NCBI GenBank assembly: GCA_951406725.2
Contig: OX597825.1
Location: 55,366,001-55,430,000 of the forward strand
Reading direction: 5' to 3'
Source: Octopus vulgaris
Lineage: Eukaryota
DNA length: 64,000 bases
Both the position numbers and the translations under genes were made by a program. The stretch's first letter is position 1. The number at the start of each line of letters is the position of its first letter. Positions 54,993 to 64,000 of the stretch are shown one piece after another. Under the pieces are notes generated by a model. The model worked only from the letters and a program-made list of their open reading frames with translations. It made no database searches and was not told where the DNA came from.

Positions 54993-55921
54993 GTTTTACA
55001 TATGTGAAGAGTATGTCATGTGATGTGTGTCATTTCTATGATGTATGTATTCTATATATATGTGTGTCATATATGATGTGTGCGCTCTTATACATATGTA
55101 ATGTGCATTTGATTTATATGATGTGTTTTACATATTTCAAATGTGTGTTTTATATGTGCATTAAGTGTGTTTTATATATATGTTAAGTGTGTTATATATG
55201 TGGTGTATGTATGAATGAAAGGGTTTTCTCTTTGAGAGATTTATTGCCATATGCATCTGTTAATTGGTGATTAATTCTACTAATTTCAGAAGAAACTTTT
55301 GATCGTGGTATGATTTTCATTCCACACTGTGAGTTAACAGGAATGGTCTGTCAATTGTGAGAGAAACTATAGAGAACTAGATTAAATGGGTTAAGATACT
55401 CACTTTAGTGCCTTTAAGTTCTATCAAGGAATTGCCTTATCTTTAATACTGCCAACATCAGTAATATAAATACCAGCTATTGTTGCTGTGATTGCTGTTG
55501 TGCTGTTGATTAGGTGTTTGTCAGTCATAATACAAGAGAGACAGATCTGTGACAATGACACTCTAGATAGAACCATCACCATTTAGATTTTTTTGTTTTT
55601 CATTTTAGGGAAATAATTGTGAATATATGCAGTCATTTTTAAAATGATGATGATGATGATGATGATGATTTTTATAAAAAGATAGTACAATGTGATTTGA
55701 ACAGTATTTAGCTGCTATTTCTAGAAGGTAAGACAAATGTTCAGAGGTTTTTCCCATATCAATGAATTATTCCAGTTAGTCAACATTTTCTCTTTTCCAA
55801 AATGTGTAGCTGACAACTGATTGATATTATTTGAACTTGACAAACTATGATTCTGAAAACTGTGTCTTTGGATTGGCTTGGAATAACATCTAAATTTTCT
55901 TCAATTTGCTTTATAAGTTAG

Positions 55922-55939
55922 GTCTTGAAGAGAACTAAG
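55922..55939 (+). CDS. Candidate 18-nt microexon (VLKRTK)
   Basis: TTTTCTTCAATTTGCTTTATAAGTTAG|GTCTTGAAGAGAACTAAG|GTGAGT. Consensus donor; only phase 0 is stop-free. Confidence 0.3.
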
Positions 55940-55956
55940 GTGAGTTTGATTTGTTT

Positions 55957-56325
55957 AGGCATGGCTGTGTGGGGAGAAGATTGTTTCCCAACCACTTGGT
56001 GTTGGAGTTCAGGCCCACTACATGGCATCTTGAGCAAGTGTCTTCCACTATAGCCTTGGGCTGGCCAAATATTTAAGAGCAAATTTAATAGACAGCAACT
56101 GGAAGATACCCACTGTATGTGTGTGTTTGTCTCCCACCATTACTCTACAACAAATGTTAGTTTGCTTAATATCCCTGTAATTTAGCAGTTCAACAAAAGA
56201 GACTGATAGAATAAGTACCAGACTTTAAATAAACTAATACTGAGATTGATTTGTTCAACTAAACCAGTCAAGACAGGGCCCCAACATGGCCATAGTCCAA
56301 ATGACTGAAACAAATAAAAGAAAGA
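55957..56325 (+). mobile_element. SINE family A (older copy)
   Basis: Family head, core and tail. Partial copies also at ~18835, 21675, 26700, 27060, 41220, 62100. Confidence 0.78.
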
Positions 56326-57594
56326 TCATTTTTGAACCAGAATATGAAGATATGAGAGACATTAACTCTGTCAGCTGCTCAATTCATAATATATTGTTAG
56401 GCTAAATGTTGCCCTGAGCAAGACAAACTATATCTGATGGTAAGGCATGAAAAAATACATAAATGAGCTGAGGTTTACAAATGCTGTTTCAGACATATAT
56501 TTTTATAGGTAAACAAATCAACTACCACATGAAAAAACCACTTTCTTCAAGTGAATGAAAATTTTAATTGAAAATTTAGAGTTCAGGAGTTTTATGGAAG
56601 TATAAAATTGCTGCTTAGTCGTTTGAGCTTGCTCTGGTCCAGGATGGTAGTCCCTGTCAAAGGACCCAGTTATGCAGAATAGCATAGACAGCAGAAAATA
56701 ATCCTGTAGCTAATGCATATAAAATTCAACAAAGGGCTAGTCCCGTCAATATGTACCATTCAGGCCCACATAAACTAGTACCTCAGTCTCAGTATTAAAT
56801 AGACCCTGTGCCTCAAGGATAAGCTTAAGGAAGCAGAAAACTAGCCAAATAAACTGTAAATAAACCAGTAGGAAGAAACATGAAACCACTGTAATCTCTT
56901 TCTCCCCCAAAACTATGAATCTTCAGATTCTGGCATGGAGGTCCATGAACGGTTAATCCTATAGGCATGGTAGATGAAGAGAAAGAAATGTTACATATAA
57001 GAGGTGTTAATCTTGCCAGTTGACCAACGAATTATACATGGCAAGGCTAATAGTTGTGCTTGCTGTGTTTAATAGACGACTGCATTATTTAACAATCCCA
57101 GATCAAATTCTTCTGAGGTAAATGTTTATGATTTATTCATCAATGGTCAGTAAAATAAATACCTGTAAGCTACAAGGGAGAAATTAAACTGACACTGCTT
57201 AATTTGTGGTCTTTTATCTCATGTAACAAAACACAAATACTATCACATGATAGAAGGCTGGGATTGACTGACTCCAAAGAGCCAGTCTTTGGAAAGTACA
57301 GCAGTGCTAATTATGAGAGAATGGTAATCTCAATTCCTGTTGCTATTAGTTACAAATACTGAAAAAAAAACCCCAAGAAAACTCTCTCTCTCTCTCTTTC
57401 TCTCTAATCAAATTTAAGATATTAAGTCATAATCTTTAAAGTAAAATTAATGAGCTAAATTAGGTTAGAAGAGAATTAGAATGATACAATTATATAAACA
57501 GAGAACTCAAATTGAGTAAACACGCACAGATACATACATACATATTTGTGTATGTCTGTGCATATGTATATAACCATGTGGGTGTTTAGGTAAT

Positions 57595-58010
57595 ACTCTT
57601 TTATTCCTTTACTTGTTTCAGTCATTTGACTGCGGCCATGCTGGAGCACCGCCTTTAGTCGAACAAATCAACCCCAGGACTTATTCTTTGTAAGCCTAGT
57701 ACTTACTCTATCAGTTTGTTTTGCCAAACCACTAAGTTACTGGGACATAAACACACCAGCATCCGTTGTCAAACGATGTTGGGGTGACAAACACAGACAC
57801 ACAAACACATACACACACACACACACACATATATATATATGCATACATACGACGGGCTTCTTTCAGTTTCCGTCTACCAAATCCACTCACAAGGCTTTGG
57901 TCGGCCTGAGGCTATAGTAGAAGACACTTGCACAAGGTGCCATGCATTGGGACTGAACCCAGAACAATGTGGTTCATAAGCAAGCTACTTACCACACAGT
58001 CACTCCTACG
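57595..58010 (-). mobile_element. tRNA-derived SINE family A, young copy
   Basis: Head GGAGTGACTGTGTGGTAAGTAGCTTGCTT...GGTTCAGTCCC (A/B boxes), central (TA/TG)n, tail GACTGAAACAAGTAAAGGAATAAAAGAG. CpGs retained. Confidence 0.88.
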
Positions 58011-59074
58011 CAAATAAACATTATTAAAACCATCTCTATGCTCCAGTTTAAACTTTTTCATTATTGATATTTTATATTTCTTCATTAGTTCTTTATATTT
58101 TATTGGCCAAAATAATGTTCCTGTCCACTTTGAATCCAGAATTTCCTGGCTTTAATTATTTTCCGGAATGAATTTGTTGTTGATGATGTTTATCCCTAGG
58201 TCAACACTAACTGAGTGAATTAATGATCCATACCATTTCAGCCATGACCATCCCATCACAAATGACTTGTCAAGAGTCTCCTTTATTCATTTTAAGAAAG
58301 AGGAATGTGTGATTTAAGGATGATTTGGCTGTTATTTTTAGCAAATCAAACAACCACATAGAGACTACTGTTTTCGATCTTGTTCTTTTTTGCTCATTAA
58401 CAATGAAGTGGTTATTAGTGTCATTTAGTTAATAGTGTTTAATTGTAGGCAGGAGTCATGCTGACTATGTTGTGTTAATTAGAAAGGTCATTATCAATGG
58501 ATTTAAGAACCCTACCCCTGCTAATGACTGGCTGCTTTTACTAATCAAGAAGTGGACTTAATTTGTGACTAGGTTCTACTACCTGTGCATTAATTATTTC
58601 ATTGTGTGTTGTTATTAATACAGCCTTGGTAATTAATCTGCTAATTACTGGTATAGGGTGGGAAATTTCCTATCACTTGAATGAGATATCAACTAATGCT
58701 TTCCAGTCTAGCCTCAAATCAACTCCAAGCAAACAAACCAATGATCACAGGTATTCTGGTGGTGACCATCCCCTCTTAATTTTTCAAAATGTATCTACAA
58801 CCACATTACCCAATGGGGTTTTCTATATCTCAAATGGTAGTGAGTGATTTAAAGAAGAAATGGCTTCTGTTTCTAGCAGGTCATGCATCAGTATAGGGTT
58901 CCTTTGTTAGTATGTTTCCTATCTCGATTAGTTCTGTATTGAGCAATGTAATTGCAATGCTTAATTGTGAATGCATAGTTAAATGCTGAGAAAGTGTGGT
59001 AGATGTATGACAAACACTCAGATACACACCCAGACATGCAAGCACAGACACACATGTATGTATATGTATGTATG

Positions 59075-59112
<38 letters not shown>

Positions 59113-59594
59113 AATTAGGTATGTGTTGTGGTCCATTATTTGATAAATGAAAAAGTATATAAACAAATGACATAGTGTATACTGAATGTAAAAATGAACA
59201 GAAGACAAACAGAAGGTTCGTAATATTTCATCAGTTATTGACCAATCGGTACTGTTCAGTTACACATACTACACACACACACATACACACACACAATACA
59301 CACACATCACTGTAATCAACCAGACAATTGGATGTTGTTATACACCACTGGTCAAAGTACACTTCATCATATAGCTTTTGAATGAAGCCATTCCACATGC
59401 TAGGCAATCACGCCAACATTTCCCCTTGAATGAAATGCCAGCTCTTAGCAGGGTTGCACATTTACAGATGAGTAGACTGGAGCAATGTGAAATGAAGTGT
59501 TTTACTCAGAAACATAACACACCACCTATTGGGGAATTGAAACAGCAACCTTGCAAATGTGAGTGCAACAATCTAACTATTGGGCCATACACCT

Positions 59595-59995
59595 TTATCA
59601 TCATCATTTAACATCTGTTGTCCATGCTGGCATGGGTTGGATGGTCTGACTGGGCTGGCATGCAGGAAGGCTGCACCAGGATCCAGTCTCATTTGGCATG
59701 GTTTTCTACAGCTGGATACCTTTTCTAACGCCAACCACTCCGAGAGTGTAATGGGTGCATTTACATGTCACCAGCATGGGTGCCATTTGTATGACACTGG
59801 TATCTGCCCAAACTGTGATTTTGCTCAGCTTGATGGGTCTTCTCAAGCATGACAATGCCGAAGGTCTTGGTCATTGCTTCTATGAGGCCTAACACTTGAA
59901 AGGAGCTTGGCCACTTTGTCTCCATGAGGTTCAATGCTCGAAAGGCACTCAGCCAACTCACCTCCATGAGGCCCACTCAAAAGGAACTCAGCCTT
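59595..59995 (-). mobile_element. RTE-derived 3'-end element
   Basis: CATCATCATTTAACATC...CCATGCTGGCATGGGTTGGATGG terminus shared with the other copies. Similar pieces at ~37260-37520, 41690-41830, 63110-63290, 63575-63690. Confidence 0.75.
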
Positions 59996-60769
59996 TATAT
60001 ATACATATATATATATATATATGTATTCTGTGCTGAATGAAGAGTGATGAGTGAAAATTCTATAAACAATAATCATAAGCTTTAAGTTCATGAGCACTCA
60101 CTGTGTACTGGCTATACAAAATAGTCTAATATTTGGGCATATAAGCCCTCGGCATAAAAAAAAACGGGTATTAGTACATGCAGGAATTGAACCCACAACT
60201 CTTATTTCATATTTCAATGCACTATATATATATATTTTTTTACATATATATAATCATCTAATGACCATTTTTCTATGTTGGCATGTGTTGGATGGTTTGA
60301 CAGAAGCTAGCCAGCTGAAGAGCTGCTCAGGTTCCATATACATATATACATTTATATAATGTCTGTTTTCCATGTTGGGATAGGGCTCGACAAGTCACAA
60401 CAATCCAAATGATTTGTAACAGAGAGCCACTTCCCTCATAGACCAGTGCTTATAGCTGTCAGTTTAGCTTGCTTTCTACAGTTGGATGTCTTTCTTGTAA
60501 ACCACTTTTACAGAATATAGTGGGTGCATTTTCTAGTGACACCAGCAACAGCAGTGTTGATAAGTCCTAAGTAAAACAAGAATAAAGAGACTTTACAACC
60601 CTATGCTTTTTCCAATCACATGCCACCCACTTTACAATAAGTACTAGGTATACTTTACAAAGCACCAGTGCTAGGGAGATTGTCAAGTACTTAGTAATAC
60701 TAAGGGATCTTTTTAGCCTACTTACATAAGTGCGTGTCCATGTACATTATTAGTATTATTATTAAATGC

Positions 60770-61250
60770 CTGAAGGCAGCAAGCTGGCAGAATCGTTAGC
60801 ACACTGGACAAAATGCTTAGCAGTATTTCACCCATCACTACGCTCTCAGTTTAAATTCTGCTGAGGTTGACTTTGCCTTTCATCCTTTCGGGGGTCTATA
60901 AATTAAGCACCAATTGTGTACTGGAGTTGATCTAATCAACTGGCCCCACTCCCCATAAATTTTGTGCCTTCTGCCTAGAGTGGAAAAGATTATTATTATT
61001 ATTATTATTATTATCATTAGATGCCTAAAGGTGGCAAGCTGCCAGAATCGTTAGTGTGCTAGATGACATGCTTAGTGGTATTTTGTCTGTCTTTACGTTC
61101 TGAGTTCAAATTCCACTGAGGTTCGACTTCGCTTTTCATCCTTTCGGGGGTCGATAAATTAAGTAGCAGTAAAATACTGGGGTCAATGTAATCAGCTAGT
61201 TCCCTCCCTCAACAATTTCAGATCTTGTGTCTGTAGTAGAAAGGATTATC
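60770..61250 (+). mobile_element. Two tandem tRNA-derived SINEs (family B, MetaSINE-like core) with (ATT)n tails
   Basis: GCTGGCAGAATCGTTAG...TTCAAATTCC...GCCTTTCATCCTTTCGGGGGTCGATAAATTAAGTA core twice. Other copies at ~5055-5245(-), 18465-18660(-), 27990-28210(-). Confidence 0.82.
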
Positions 61251-61398
61251 ATTAAATGCCTGAGATGCTGCACAGTGCACGTATGTAGGTACGTACATAC
61301 ATATTACATACATACAGACAGTCAGTCAGACATCACCCTTGCACATATTCAGTCCACTGCTGGATGAAAGCTTCATCATGTTCTTTCCACCAAGTCAA

Positions 61399-61454
<56 letters not shown>

Positions 61455-61459
<5 letters not shown>

Positions 61460-61858
61460 GCAGTAAAGTTTGTTCAAATAGAACATCGATGTTTAAGTAG
61501 TGACAAATATTACTTCCCGGTATTAATTTTGTCACTAATATACATTTTTTAACAAGCTAATTAGCTAACTGCAACACCAGTACCTGTTTTGTCACTTCGA
61601 GGCTACATATCACTAGCTGGGAGATGAGTCACTGCTACCTCTAGCGGTCGGGTATCCAAATCTGGTGTCCAAATCCTGTTATCTGGCAGGCATTGCGCTG
61701 GAAGTAGCGGGAATTAATCTCCCCACAAGTAATATAAATAAGAATGCATTTTGCACCAAAAGGGTGATATGAAAGTTTCTCTCATGCTTTCTATTGCAGT
61801 AAAGTTTGTTGTAACAGAATATCCACATTTAAGTAGGGGAAAATATTACCTCTCCATA
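61455..61858. mobile_element. (TA)n-flanked element with terminal direct repeats
   Basis: TGCAGTAAAGTTTGTT...TTTAAGTAG...AATATTAC at ~61459-61515 and ~61795-61850. An inverted relative lies at ~40730-40870. Confidence 0.6.
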
Positions 61859-61937
61859 TATATATACACACACACATATACATATATATATATATACACA
61901 CATATACATATATACATATAGATAAATAGATAGATAG

Positions 61938-61975
<38 letters not shown>

Positions 61976-62208
61976 TTATACCTAGATACATATAAATAGA
62001 TAGATAGATATGTATGTATGTATATATATATATATATATATATATACACGTGTGTGTGTATATGTGTGTGAGTGTGTGTTCACAAGACATGGGCCAATAG
62101 AAATCACTTGCCCTTAGTTCCTGACAGTGGGACTGAGCTGAAATTCTCATGAATGCTAAGCAAACTTCTGAGCCATGCAGCCATGTTTATGCACATACAT
62201 GTGTGTAC

Positions 62209-62279
<71 letters not shown>

Positions 62280-62689
62280 TTTGCACACAAACATTCATTA
62301 AATCAGACATAAACACAGACACACATTCAGAGATATATAACATCAACATATATCATTCTTCTATGAACTCTCACCATTTATCACGTACCATATTTTATGG
62401 AACTCTGAAACAAGAGATAATAAAACACTATATCATTCTCCAATGTCTTTTAGACCATTCCAAAGAATATAATCAATGAAAACCTCTTAGTAAGGATTTC
62501 CACCTCCTACCACCACCACATTTTTTATCACTACCACAATCATCATCATCATCAATATAAATATCATTGTAGTTGCTGAATCCCCCTGCAACTACCACAA
62601 CCAGTTAGAAATAATAGCCAAATCTCCTTCATATCATATATTGCAGATTAAGAAAATGACTTGTTGGTCTTAATTCAAAGTGATTTGTA

Positions 62690-63065
62690 AAAAAATGGAA
62701 TGGTCACAGGTGGAACGTCTTTAATTGTAGGTTGTTCTCTCAGGGTTGATTTAAGTCTGAACAGCAATAGCTATAGTTACTAACTATTATACTATACATT
62801 AGGTAATGTAGTTCTACATACACTATGTCTGAAAATTAGATAGGATGGTCACTGATGGAACACCTTTGATCATAGGTTGTTTGATCAGAACAGCCAAGGC
62901 TAACAACACTTACAACAACTATAGCCATTAATACTAACCACATTGAATAATGTAGTCTTAGATACACTATGCCTGTATATAAAATAGGATGGTCACAAAT
63001 GGAACATCTTTGATCATAGGTCTGTTGGATCAGAACTGACCTGAGACTGTACAACAAACATCACT
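62690..63065. repeat. Three tandem ~140-bp degenerate units
   Basis: GGATGGTCAC...TGGAACA.CTTTGATCATAGGT recurs at ~62700, 62845 and 62990. Confidence 0.75.
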
Positions 63066-64000
63066 ACAAACAATTTTTTCAAACACAAGACGCTAAATAT
63101 AGGTTTGCTCAATCATCATCTTTTAACATCCATTTTTCATGCTGCCATGGGTTGGACCAGAGCTGGCAAGCAGAAGAGCTGCACCAGGTTCCAGTCTGAT
63201 TTGACATGGTCTCCTACAGCTGGATGCCCTTCCTAATACCAACCGCTTTATAGTGTGTGCTGTGTGTTTTTAATGTGGCATTAACAGAAGAGTCTGAATA
63301 TGGGTTTGCTCAATGTTATAGAAATACCAGCCAGATTGCCCGGTTCTCTAGATGAAATACAGTTTTGCATTTATTCCTTAATGTCAAAATTACCCAAAAT
63401 CCTATGGAAATTGCATATTACTCTGATCTGTATCATGTACATTCTAACCCAATTCTTCAAATCAAGCATACTTCAAAGAAGTCTAATGAATTAATCATCA
63501 CTATCTCTACCAACCCTAACATCATCGTTGACATTATCACTGCCACTTCCTAACAAAGTAAATGATCTTAATGCAGAAAGGGCTGCACCGAGTTCCAGTC
63601 TGATTTGGCATGGTTTCCTACAGCTGGATGCCCTTCCTAATGTCAACCACTTTACAGAGTGTGCTGGGTGTCTTTACGTGGCATTGACACAAGAGTCTAA
63701 ATATGGGTTTGCTCAACGTTGTAGAAATACCAGCCAGATTGCCCTTCAATCTTACTGTCCTAAGAGAAGAAAGTTGCCCTTACATTATATAGTCTCAGAA
63801 AAACTGTTTGAAATAAAGGACAAGTTGGTCATGACTGGAATGACCTTGATCATATTTCTGCTGGATTAAGGCTGACCTAAGGCTAAGCAACACCTCTGTC
63901 ATCACTATACACCCCTAATACTATGAACATCATGTGTCATCAACCCATGCCAGCATGGAACACGGATATCAAATGATGATGATGGTGATGATGATCATCC

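Noticed and set aside
60160-60205. tRNA gene (minus-strand GGTTCAATTCC plus T run)
   Set aside because: Only a 3'-half fragment with no D arm. SINE heads in the window are likewise not functional tRNAs.

Overview
AT-rich eukaryotic DNA, most likely a coleoid cephalopod (Octopus-like, inferred from its SINE, RTE and Penelope repeat families and dense (TA)n/(CA)n/(GAT)n microsatellites). It appears to be intronic or intergenic. No host gene could be named, and nearly all ORFs in the track are microsatellite or repeat artefacts. Recognisable content: three tRNA-derived SINE families; RTE LINE 3' ends, including a young copy with an open RT frame carrying a PHD-like Cys/His insert; Tx1/L1 and Penelope (GIY-YIG) relics; a mariner nested in another Tc1/mariner element; and hAT- and piggyBac-type MITEs. 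Most notable are three type-I minimal hammerhead ribozymes with intact cores, from unrelated short elements sitting in (TA)n tracts, plus several decayed copies. Also present are isolated exon and microexon candidates, a duplicated 70-nt exon-like cassette, a candidate recursive splice site and a 31-bp-stem hairpin. Repeat boundaries are approximate.
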